Part shown: positions 25,933-37,352 of the stretch, in pieces
How positions within the stretch are numbered: the stretch's first letter is position 1
Layout of the letters: the number at the start of each line of letters is the position of its first letter
Origin: Octopus bimaculoides
Lineage: Eukaryota
Direction: 5' to 3'
Length of the DNA stretch: 64,000 nt
Assembly (NCBI RefSeq): GCF_001194135.2
Contig: NC_068993.1
Coordinates: forward strand, 54,290,346-54,354,345
The notes under the pieces: generated by a model
The model's database searches: none
Told to the model about the DNA's origin: nothing
The model's input: only the letters and a program-made list of their open reading frames with translations
Translations under genes and position numbers: made by a program

Positions 25933-26440
25933 GGGAAAATTATAAAATAACGGAAGGAAAGANNNNNNNNNNCGTTTCGGATTTTCTCTTATCATTGATT
26001 TTAAAGAATTCCTGGTTAGGCTTCTATTTCAGTCGAGGCTAATAAAGATTGATTGTACCTAATTAATGTCATATTGTTAAGCTTTCTTTCATACGTTCTT
26101 CTTTTGAAAAAGTGTGAAATTCAATGAGTCCAACTGAAAGAAACTGGTAAATAGCCAGTTGTGAATCACTATAAATCACAAAGGCACCCAATTGTTCTTT
26201 TAATGTTTACATCTGATAAAACTAATTATTTCAAGTTTAAAACAACCACTTTATGCTAAACCATTTGGATGTCTAATCATTGTTCCGCATCTTTGTTGAC
26301 AGCTTTTGAAAATATTTATCTTACAAATATATAAACATTTAGAGTTCTTATTCAGTTAACTTCATACGTATTATTATATTGCTTGATATTTCGACATATT
26401 CAACCAGTACGAAGAAAAAATCGCGCCTATAGAACGGCGT

Positions 26441-26474
<34 letters not shown>

Positions 26475-27119
26475 AGAGGAAAAAGAAAGAAGTTTAGTAT
26501 CTTTAACCGCCTTCTTTTCTATACCATTCAGTCGGTGTTATGTGTGTTATTAATAGTGACAAGCGAGGAGAACGGACCAATATAACCATGGCTAACTAAC
26601 GCTTAGATTTGCTTCTGGATGATTTTTACAAATTGCCTGCTGCATTGACACAGCACTAGCTATTAAGTTTCATATATGTATTACGTCTCATAACAGGTGT
26701 TGCAATGTGCCTGCTATTAACTATTTCAAGCCTATAAATTATAGCTTAAAGAAATTCAATAGCTATGGCGTTGATTCATTTTATAACCAGTTTCAAAGAT
26801 AATCCAATCATTTATTCGACTTAGTCGTTAATTTATTCGAGAATAGTTCAATTTTTAATGTTTCTTTACAAAAACAATAGGATGATGCAAAACGTTTTTT
26901 TTTTTTATAGAAACATACGTGGTTTTGGTTATATCAGGTTGATATACTAAGTATCATGTTAAGCTGCGTGTTGTAACACAATAAAACCAAGTTAAACATT
27001 GTTAACATTTATTTATTTATTTACAGTAGTATGTTACGATATTTACATCTTTACATAGTTTCTTGCTAGTAGTGTTAGAACTGAATGTAGTTTATGGTTA
27101 CATTGGTTTCACATTTTGG

Positions 27120-27225
27120 TACAAGGTCAGTAATTTCGGGGGAGGGGGTAAGTCGATTACACCGATCCCAAAGATCAACTGGTACTTATTTTATCGACCT
27201 CGAAAGGACGGAAGGCAAAGTTTTC
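27120..27225 (-). mobile_element. SINE family A, 3' fragment
   Basis: aagtcgattacaccgatcccaaagatcaactggtacttattttatcgacctcgaaaggacggaaggcaaag. Confidence 0.8.
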
Positions 27226-27663
27226 ACGTGCATTTTCTAGTCGTCGATCAATCGGCTTGCAGGAGATCGCGCCACAAAGTTAGAACAAAAACTGCATGTC
27301 CTTGAGATTCCCGCGCCTTTCTCTTGTGATAAGCAGTTCCCACGAATATTTAAGCAGAAAGGTTCGAGATCTTAACAGAGAAAACATCTTACCTCTCGTC
27401 CTAAGCCAGACCAGGGCAGAGTGTCAGCAAGATTTGGCGGACTCGCATCTCTTTCGCCCCAAGATAACTAATTCCTGAGTAAACACGGTAAAAGATATTT
27501 TATATTACTTTTCACCATGTGGTACGGTTCGGATAAACTCACACCTCGATTTTCATTTAAGACCTGTCGCTTGAGTAAGCCATTAATGTCTGTGGAATTT
27601 AGACAGTATGAAAGTTGATCTCTATATCTTAAGTCTCTCTACAGTTAGTATTTGAAAATCTTC

Positions 27664-27717
<54 letters not shown>

Positions 27718-28511
27718 TCAGCCTCCCCTTAAATGAATTATGTATATTGCTAGCGGAGGAATTGCTGCTGTCTCTAGTTTTCGGATACCTACCATTGACA
27801 AGGCCAAGGAAGGCCGAAATTATGTGATCTGATAGTCCCAGTGGCGAAAGCGGATGATTATATCCCGCTCATGATATAACCACGAATCCTTATATGCACC
27901 ACAAGTCCATATGAGTTTCTCTCATGGTAACAATCGTCGTATTCTGTTCTAACACAGCATCCCCTTTTAAGTGGGAATAAATATTACCTTTTGACATTAA
28001 CACCGCTTCTATCGCTACTAAATATTAATTACAAATTATAAATTGTTCGCGAATTTTGTTCCTGTTTACAACTCGCGCAGGCTAGTTTAATCTGTAATGA
28101 TTTCACACCACGATGAGGCTTAACCTTCGACAAGCTTTTCCTTCATAAATCCAAAGTTGTTCTGGTGGTTGAAAAATACAAATTGAGAATGTGTGTCATA
28201 TATGATGCATGGACGCGTGATATACAGGACAGACAAAGGGTTAACAGGAACGAGTCGAACTGGCAATCAAAACTAATTAGAGACGGTAATTTTTAACAGC
28301 TCTAAAAATTTTAAATCGATATGAAATGGTTATAAACTGTTTAAGCTGGAGAGATCGTCATATTAGAATGCAAAGCTAGAAAATAACCGAATTTAGTTCT
28401 AACGCTCCAGGTCAGTTGTGATCAGAAGTATTCCAACCTAAACTGAAGAACAAGAATCAAAGACTATACGATATCCTTCTTTTTAGGACGGTAGGGAATT
28501 GTGGCTGTTAT

Positions 28512-28700
28512 TTAAACTTTTAGCACTTAAACTATCCATATCCAGCCTAAATATTCTACCTTAGTCTTATGTTCTAACCGGTCAAATCTCTCACACCACA
28601 TCGTCGAAATCTCGAGGCTACGAGATAATGTGTGATTAATGATAATTAATGTGAATAACTATTACCATTTGACAAAATAATGAAAAAGCTAAAGGTTTAA
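28512..28700 (-). mobile_element. piggyBac-like MITE (TTAA-flanked), reverse orientation
   Basis: Ends ttaa-acttttagc ... gctaaaggt-ttaa; the interior is the reverse complement of 39660-39859. Confidence 0.65.
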
Positions 28701-29343
28701 AGCTTGTCGAATTACATTAACTCCTCTCGAGACTAACATTTTGATAGTTGTCTATCTATCTGTAGTTGCTAAATCTCCCTCAAATCATATCCTACCGTTT
28801 TAAAATAAAGAACGACATATTGAAAAATCTAGATCTAGATACCCCTAAAATAATGTAGCCGCATGACCTTTGGTCATAGGTCTGTTCGATAAGTATTGCT
28901 TTGAAGCTAAATAACTGTAAGAATATTCACCTGTTGCAATGGAGGACTTTATCTGAAGTGTAAATCTCAGGCGCGCGCGAAAGTGCAAGAGAAAGAGAGA
29001 GAGGGGGGGGGAGAAACGATTTTGAAACACTTCTACAAATTCAGATATCCAGTTTCTAATAAATAAATATATACTCTACATTATTATTGCATTGAATCTT
29101 TTTTTGTTTAGACTTTTCTTCATGTATGTATGAATGTATACTCTCTCNNNNNNNNNNNNNNNNNNNNNNNNNNNNNNNNNNNNNNNNNNNNNNNNNNNNN
29201 NNNNNNNNNNNNNNNNNNNNNNNNNNNNNNNNNNNNNNNNNNNNNNNNNNNNNNNNNNNNNNNNNNNNNNNNNNNNNNNNNNNNNNNNNNNNNNNNNNNN
29301 NNNNNNNNNNNNNNNNNNNNNNNNNNNNNNNNNNNNNNNNNNN

Positions 29344-29374
<31 letters not shown>

Positions 29375-31083
29375 CAGATAGATAGATATGTTTATGTTTT
29401 GTTTAATGTTTCTTGGTTGCCTTCTTTTGATTAGTCATTGTAAACCATTACTGACTTTCCATTCCAGAATGATGTAAAGCATTCACTTTTCTCGCAACCA
29501 TATAATAATAATACCTATGTAAATGGTTACTTCCTTTGCTGCTTTCGCTCTTTACCTCGACCACGGCCATATTTGTACATCACGGCTGAAAGAAACTAGG
29601 TTTATTCATGATGCAATGTCGTTTATACTCTATAACAGTGCATGGAGACGACAGAATCAAATAATACTTTTATTCAGATGATAAATTTGTTTATTTATGC
29701 GTTTTAGCTGATCTTCGTTAAGACGTCACCACTATTAACAATACTAATAAAATGGTTGGGGAATAACTACAAAGTAGCTAGGACAATGTTGTAAAAAGCA
29801 TCGCGTAAGCAGTCTTGTCTCTAACAGATGACTAATTCTGTAACTACTAAGGAACTCCTTCATCACTACCATTGCATAGCACCTTTATCGTCATCAGCTT
29901 CTCTCCCCAATTACCATCACACAAGCTACGATTTCCAAGTCCCTCATCAACCCATCGTCTCTACTACCACCGCCATCTGCACATGTCAATGTGCAAAATC
30001 GGTCACAAGAGATAAGTGGGATGGTGGTGGCGGTGCAGCGAGAAAGACAGAGAGAGAATGTAACCATGGAGATCTCACAGATTTAATGCAAATAATATTG
30101 CATAGCAATTAAAGAATGCAGTGTCGAACTCTCTCTCTCTCTCTATCTATCTTCGTCTCTCACCCTTTTCACTTTACTACTTCGGTCATATTTCATCTCT
30201 CTCTCTCTCTCTCTCAGCCGCATCTGCCTTACTTCCTCTCTTTTTCTGCCTCGCCTCTGTCTTTCTTTCTCTCTGTCTCTTTCTCCAGTCGATTACTTTT
30301 CTTCACTGATATTTCTTTTTTTTTTTAGTCTCAATTACCTTTAGGATAAAGCTTTTCACGATTTCTCTCTCTCTCTCTTCACTACCTCTTCCCCTACATC
30401 TGTTACTATTCCTCTCTTATTTTTTTCACTTTCAGTCGTAGCATTTTCCACCCCACTTTATTTCCCCGTCACTGTTTCTAAACACTTCCCTTTCCTGCTA
30501 AAAGTAGCAGCCAAATTCCCCGTAATTCCCACTCTGCCATCTTTAACAGGCTAATATCTAAGACCACACTGGATTACGTAGTATTAAATACATGATACCT
30601 GAACAAAAGATACGATGGTCATAGCTGGAGTGCTTTTGATTTATATTTACTTAACCAGTTCTGACCTCTAGACAACCCTCTCTCCTCCAAGTCATTCTCC
30701 ATCACTCTTTGACACCCCCCTCCATTTCCTCTTCTGTCTATCTCTGTATACTTTTCCATCCTTCTCTCTCTCCTCTCGTGCTATTTCTTTCTCCCTTTCT
30801 TCAACAATAACTAGTATAAATAAAGAGAAAACGAATGTTTTATATACGTACAGTAAGAGGGGGAAAAGAGAGCGAAAGAGAGAGAGAGAGAGGTCATTTT
30901 CGGAAGCGGGGCGGTATGATGTAGGAAGAGGAGGGGAGAAGTAAAATATGGTGTTGGTGAAGATTTCATGGCAACCTTATAATTTATAAAGATAGAAAGG
31001 CAATTAATAATATGACGAATTTATAAAGTAGAGATAACAGTTGGGATATGTACGTGTATGTACGCAGAGCGTATATCACACAC

Positions 31084-31115
<32 letters not shown>

Positions 31116-32647
31116 TTCTAGTGGATAAGAGTCTGTGATTGGTTTCAATTCTTTGTTTCAGTTACTTCACTTCACTAACATACTTTAAACAAAGAAAGAA
31201 ATCTCACAGCACCCCACCCATCCATTGCCAACTTTCCCGAGAATATTAAATTTCATTTAAGCTGGAGAAAGAGACTGGAAACATTCCAAGGGACTCCCTC
31301 GAACACATATAATTGTGAGGTTCTCAAAAGCTACAACTAGAAACAGTTTGCTTTTTAACAGAAAAAAAAAGTATATAATGCAAGAACTAGGCATTGTTTC
31401 CTCCATAAAAGGTTTCCAGAAAGCATCTCTTAACTTCAGCATTTGTCTTGGACAAAATGCCGCAGAACATTAAAGCATTATATCAAAACTACCGTTTATT
31501 TAATTATTTTCATTTCATTGCATTTCAATTTCATGATAAAGCCTAAAATGTTACAAATGACTTGAATCTGTAAGAATTTATGTTGTCTCGCCTTGTTAGA
31601 GTGATCATTCATTACTTATTAATTTCACTCTTCTTCAGTACACTGCTTAAATGTCAATATTTACTTGAATGTCTCTTTAATATGCCATTCTTTGATGCCA
31701 ACAATAGGAAAATGGGAGCAAAGAAGGAAGGCAGTAAACGAAAGTTACTTTTTTTTCTTCTTCTTTGTTCTTTTTATTCTTGTATCATATCTGTAGTTAA
31801 AGTGCTTCAGCCAAGTGTGCATATCAGCACTAGATGCTGGCAGTTTTGTAATAGCTGATAATAGCAAAGCTGGTGAAATATTATGGACTGGCTATCGATT
31901 TTTCTGGCTCGCAACCAAACCTGGGTCGTGTCTTGAAAATTAATGAAAGATTTGCAGTTTTATGGTCTGCAATAAATGAATGGAGTTCATTGCACTATCC
32001 CTTGTAAAACCATCTTCTTAAATGGCCTGGAGATATAAAAGCTTAAAGCTTTATTAGCTTCTAACGACATCACCTTAATGAAAATACTTAATTAATCATT
32101 ATATGTCGTTTTTGTAGACAATATCATTATTAAATTTTGGTAATGGGAAGATAAAAGATTAACACCCTACTTATTACAACTAGTCACACATAAGTAACAT
32201 TATACACACATACCTATCGACCCACATACTTATATACATGTGTGTGTGTGTAATATTTTTATAGCTGCTACTGTTTTAACATCTGGTTATTTCATTTTAT
32301 CACTTGCATGGGTTGGACAGTTGTGCAAATAACATTTTCCATACCATTCTTACTTCGTTTCATCTTTGACCCTGAACTTTCTCAAGTTAAACCCGACTAA
32401 TTTTCTTAAATGGTGAACTAAGTGCTAACTTAATAGGGCGAGCATGACACTTTTAATAATCATAAACACACCGTTATGATAGATGTTGAAGAATACTTAA
32501 TGAAATCAAACAAAACTAAGGGTAAGAACTCAAAACAGACATAAAATAATAATTATTGAAATTCGTTATTCGCAATTTGTAATTCGTGCCGATAAAATCA
32601 ATGTCGTGTGTTCAGGTCCCAAACTGGCCAGTTGCTTAGTTTTTATA

Positions 32648-33020
32648 GGGGCTGGCGTGGCTGTGTGATAAGAAGTTTACATCTCAATCACATGGTTCCA
32701 GGTTCAGTCTCACTGCGTGGAGGCTTTGTAGGTGGATTTGGTTGACGGAAACTGAAAGAAACCTCTTGTATACATACATGGGGGGGGGGGGGTAATGCGC
32801 GTGTCTTTGTGTATGTGTTTTCCCCCACTGGCCCTTGACAACTGGTGTTGATGTGTTTACGTCAGCCGTAACTTAGCGATTCGGCAAAACAGACTGATAG
32901 AATAAACACCAGGCTTTAAAAAATAAGCACTGGGGTCGATTCATGCGATCAAAAGTACTTCAAGGCGGTGTTCCAGCATGGCCGCAGTCAAATGATTGAA
33001 ACAAGAGATAAAAGATAAAC
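32648..33020 (+). mobile_element. SINE family B, full length
   Basis: tRNA-like head ggcgtggctgtgtgataag...ggttcagtctcactgcg, body, and 3' ccagcatggccgcagtcaaatgattgaaacaagagataaaagataa. Confidence 0.88.
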
Positions 33021-33094
33021 TTCAATAGAGTACTAATTGGTTAAAACTGGAAATACATAATGTAGCGAGGAGAAGCATTGTCTGATCTTTAGCA

Positions 33095-33140
33095 GAACAT
33101 AGTGACAACTTTCGACGTTTCGGTCTTATCAGACCTCTCC
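33095..33140 (-). ncRNA. Degenerate minimal type I hammerhead ribozyme-like motif (Penelope-like-element style)
   Basis: Minus strand: ggt-CTGATAA-G(AC)C-GAA-ACGTC-GAAA-GTTGT-C-act. Core boxes are in the correct order, with a 1-bp stem II, a GAAA-capped stem III and a GUC cleavage triplet. However, G8 is A and stem I is weak. Confidence 0.35.
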
Positions 33141-34700
33141 AGCAATGCATAGTCATAAGTTTCTCTCACTACCAACTTGCTATCTTAATCTCGGATATCC
33201 TTACTACTTCAGGCCTTTTGAGGCCTTTTTTTTTACAATGCATTTAAAAATGGAATCTTGGCCATCTGCATCTAAAAGATGTTATGATAGCAAGTCATGG
33301 AAGACTCAGGTGTTAGAGGTTGAAAGGTGTTAATTCTAGAACGAAAGAGACTAGATTTAATCACCTAGTGCTTACAGATATCCTTCTCATACTCTGTTCA
33401 TTCTCGTCCTACATTTTAGCTGCAAAGAATTTCAACAGCTGTCTCAATGGAGACAGGTGAGGTTGTTAATGTTGCCTTTTAGTCCTTAGCTTGCTTTGAT
33501 CGAGCAAACCTCTGATCAAATGGTTTCCAGCTGTGACTGTGACTGACTTTTTGTATATCTAATAGTGTGGCAGTTGTTTCTCTAAACTTTATAATTAGGT
33601 GCAAGGGTATCCCGTTACAAGATATTAATGTTGCTATTTGTGTGCATGTGGTTGTTGTTTGTCTGCACAGACTGGGCGGAATAGTGTTCTTAGGAAGGTG
33701 TTATGGATGTTTCTGTGATGTTGGGGGTGATGGGTGATTGTATACGTAAATTTGTTGGAGTTTACTGAAGAAACAAAGTGACCTTCTTATATGTAGATGG
33801 TGTGTTTCATTTTGAGTATTTTTGTTTTATTATGTAAGTTCAGTTCTCTGAATACTTCAGAATGTTGTAATTGAGTTTCCATCACCCTGCGGAATAATAT
33901 AGTCTATAAATTGTGTTTAAACCTAATCACACCATAATTTGTGTCTGTAGACAGAATGTTGTATTTGATGACAAAAAAATGTCTCAAACATCAACTCAGG
34001 TCCTATAAGCGAAGTTGCTTAAAATATTACATTCTTTAATGTGCAGTAAAAAAAACTTTTTTCACTGAATATGCGCAGCTGAAATTAGAGAGCAACTAAA
34101 TATGCCCGTATATGTCTTTTTATGCCATCAAAATTCGGTTTATTTCCCATAAAAACCTTATGCCACACCCATTGATATTTCTACTCCTCTTATAATTAAA
34201 TTCTGTCAGTCACGAACGTTATGTTGATGTCGTTTATCTTTCCTAACATCACATTCAACATTAGATCACCGTCAGGTTCACCTGACCTCGTAACATCTGT
34301 CTTTATCCTATATTCAAATCAGATCAGTCAGCGATCTACATTCGACATTCAACATTAGATCGCCATGTAATTAAATGTCTCCGTGTAGATTATTGGGAAA
34401 ATTATTTGTTTGAAATTAATAAAAATAAGAGAATTATTAATAATTATAAATACTTCCTGAAAATTTTCCAGTTTGTTTCAGGAATGCGTATTTTCTCTCT
34501 TTTTCTACACTAAATATCTCTCTTTAAAAAACCCATTAATATCGTGAGATGCCATCATAAGTTGTGTTGTCAGGAACTCTACAAGTTTCCAGATGGCTGT
34601 GTTTATTAAATTTCTGACAGTGATAATAAACTCAATACAAATACTTGAAAAAAGATTTCTTTCGCAAGCCAGTTTGTTTTACGTTTTCTCTAATGTTCCT

Positions 34701-34705
34701 CTCTT

Positions 34706-34787
<82 letters not shown>

Positions 34788-34792
34788 TCTCT
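34701..34792. repeat. (CT)n microsatellite
   Basis: Near-pure CT run. Confidence 0.95.
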
Positions 34793-35789
34793 CCCTTTCA
34801 CCCTGGTGCTATTATGACATTAAGATAAAAATAAAACGCTTCAAGCATGACATATTGGAAACATATCCAGTCAGTCGTACACTAAATAGGTCAACAAAGG
34901 GAAATTGTACTCTAAACACAGTGGAATCTAACAAGGGGTGCTGCAGACATAAATAGCCTTCCCAACCTCCTGCTCTTGATAATTTCTGTCTACATTCTTC
35001 TTTCTCTCTCATTGACTCATGGCTTAGACTGGTATTCTTTCCCCATAGTCGTATGTCTAATCTTTTAAAAATAAAATAGAGAAAGGATATCCCTTTCTTT
35101 ACAAGAGGGTGACTAGTTTATCTAGAGAGATTTATTGAAAATGTGTGTTTCGGTAAGAGTAATATGATACAAATGACATGCGCTAAACCTGTTATATATA
35201 AAGGACAGCTCGTAATATAACATTTTAACTTTCTATATTTGGAATGGAGGAGAGCTCTTATGGTCTGATATATTAAGTACATACTTTGAAAATGAAGGAA
35301 ATAAATGAATGGTATTGATTTTTTGATATACTTCTCAAAGACTGAAATAAAACCAGTTAAGTAGGAGGAGGTGAATTCTATGAGAGAAATATAGGAGAAC
35401 AACCATGGAAAACAAATACAAACAAGATATACCATTTTGTGAAGTTGTAATGTCAGATTGTAAATATAAACAGAATCACATTCTTTTTTGCTGGGTCATT
35501 TTAGCTCATTATAATTACATTAGAGAATGGTATAGCATGGTGTTAAAAGAAACACTTGAATTGGTTCTATCTTGTTGATTCGAGGTGAGGAGAGTTATTA
35601 AGATTACTCCAGAGAGTTAAACATGGTATAACAATACAGGAAAATAATTAGCAACTTGTTTAATAAGTGAGGCATGTGTTCGTCAGTGTAGTGAGTCTTA
35701 TTCCATTTACCATTAGTAATTTGAAATACTCTTAAGAGTAAGAACTGTGGAAATTGGTGTCTACGGAGGAATGGTTAATAATTGCACGT

Positions 35790-35952
35790 GGCAAGCCGGC
35801 AGAATCATTAACACGCTGGACAAAATGCTTTGCAGAATTTAATTTTGGTTTAACATTCTGAGTTCAAGTTGTGATGGGAGCGACTTTGCCTTTCATCTTT
35901 TCAGGGTCAATAAAATAAATACCAGTTGAGCACTGGAGTCAATATAATCAAC
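35790..35952 (+). mobile_element. SINE family A, near-complete head and body
   Basis: gcaagccggcagaatcattaacacgctggacaaaatgc...ttctgagttcaag...gactttgcctttcatcttttcagggtcaataaaataaataccagttgagcactgg. Confidence 0.8.
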
Positions 35953-36634
35953 AATTGCAGAATCTACTTATTTGAAAATAGAAACAAGTTCGTGATGAAG
36001 AATGAATGGACACCCGAGTAAATTAGATAATAATTTGATGTCTCAGTAGTAACGTATGGTTCTAGATGCCATGTTGGAACATTCATCTACGCATACGCAA
36101 GGATTAGAGCCTTCTGAAGACCTGACAGAAGCCCCTTATGCGCATCCGCAATCATCATGAGCAGCTAGGGTTCACCACCATTCACTCTTTTCGATCACGG
36201 CTTCTGACCTGGCAGGACACAACTTAGAGCAGCTCCTTGGAGAATGGGACCTTTAATGGCGAGCGACACTGTGGGTCTGTAATAATGCCTTATTACCTTG
36301 TGTCTAACTACCAACCCTGCTGCTTCTTCACCTAGGCGTTTACGGCTACCGCTAACCAGAGATGGAATGTTTATTCAGGCAAAATAAATTATTATTGTTA
36401 TTTATTCAGAGAGATCTTGTTCGCGTCTTTTCCTTACATGAACTATGTGTGGAATTGTGAAGCACCCAGCAAGTGCTAATCACTTCTACATCTCATGCAG
36501 TAATTTAACCATGCATAAATATATATATATGTGTGTGTGTGTGTGTAATTGTTCAGTTTAGTTAAATAAAAAAAAGGTAAACAAAAATAAAGGGGAGATA
36601 AGTAGTAAAAGAAGCAAAGGGACATAGCGTATTC

Positions 36635-37151
36635 GGTGGCATAGAGTCTCAAGAAAGTGATACCTAACCGTAACCCTAAACCGTAACCCTAACCCTAAAA
36701 CCCTATCCTTGACCCTAAAACCCTAACACCGTAGTGAAGATCGTGCGGGTGTTAATCTGAAAAATTTTCTTATTTCCATTTTATAGTGAGTATGCGAGAC
36801 AAAAAGTGTGATGAAATTCTTTTATTAGTGAGAGAGAGGGGTTATGTATGTATGTACACTTTTTACGGAAAAGGCCGATGTGATGTAAATAAACACTAGT
36901 GGGTGCTTTGGTACTGGTATCGTAAGATCGCCGAAACTTTAACTGAACTAATACAAAGGTAGATTTTGCCTGGGTCTCACACAGTTAGCGATGGATGGCG
37001 AGCATATAACATCGGTATCCTCAATGCTGGTGCCCACACGCACGAGATGATTATACACTAACATTTTGTTGATCCTCATGATCAAGACGTCCCACACACA
37101 CAAAATGTAGAAAATATGTGGATGCGGTTGAAACGGAAGTTGAGACAACAA
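36635..37151 (+). mobile_element. Merlin (IS1595/ISXO2-like) DNA transposon remnant
   Basis: A single frame 36864-37151 with three premature stops: YGKGRCDVNKH*WVL..RKIAETLTELIQR*ILPGSHTVSDGWRAYN...HEMIIH*HFVDPHDQDVPHTQNVENMWMRLKRKLRQQ. It carries the ISXO2 hallmarks R.A.TL..I...I.PG...SD.W.AY, H..FVDP and HTQ.IE..W...K. A putative GG-starting left end lies at 36635 (inferred). Confidence 0.85.
36663..36727 (+). repeat. Degenerate (TAACCC)n telomere-like array inside the putative Merlin left end
   Basis: cctaaccgtaaccctaaaccgtaaccctaaccctaaaaccctatccttgaccctaaaaccctaac. Confidence 0.85.
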
Positions 37152-37186
37152 TTACCGTATATATGTACATACATACATACATACAT

Positions 37187-37226
<40 letters not shown>

Positions 37227-37228
<2 letters not shown>

Positions 37229-37352
37229 CTCGACTCCGTCGGTCACAAATGTCCATGGTTGCACCTAAGAAATTCTCCTCCGGGGTACAAATCCGGGGAG
37301 AAAGTTGCTTCACCGGCGAACACACAACCTAGGGTTGTTTTTATGGAAGACC
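37227..37352 (-). mobile_element. 3' end of a SINE-like retroelement; the head is hidden in the gap N 37353-38234
   Basis: The minus strand ends ...GTGACCGACGGAGTCGAGTT followed by (AT)n. A similar terminal motif closes family C copies (gtaaccaatggagtgtcagtt at 54787-54807). Confidence 0.5.

Noticed and set aside
36663-36727. True telomere or chromosome-fusion scar
   Set aside because: Short, degenerate, single orientation, and embedded next to a transposase remnant.
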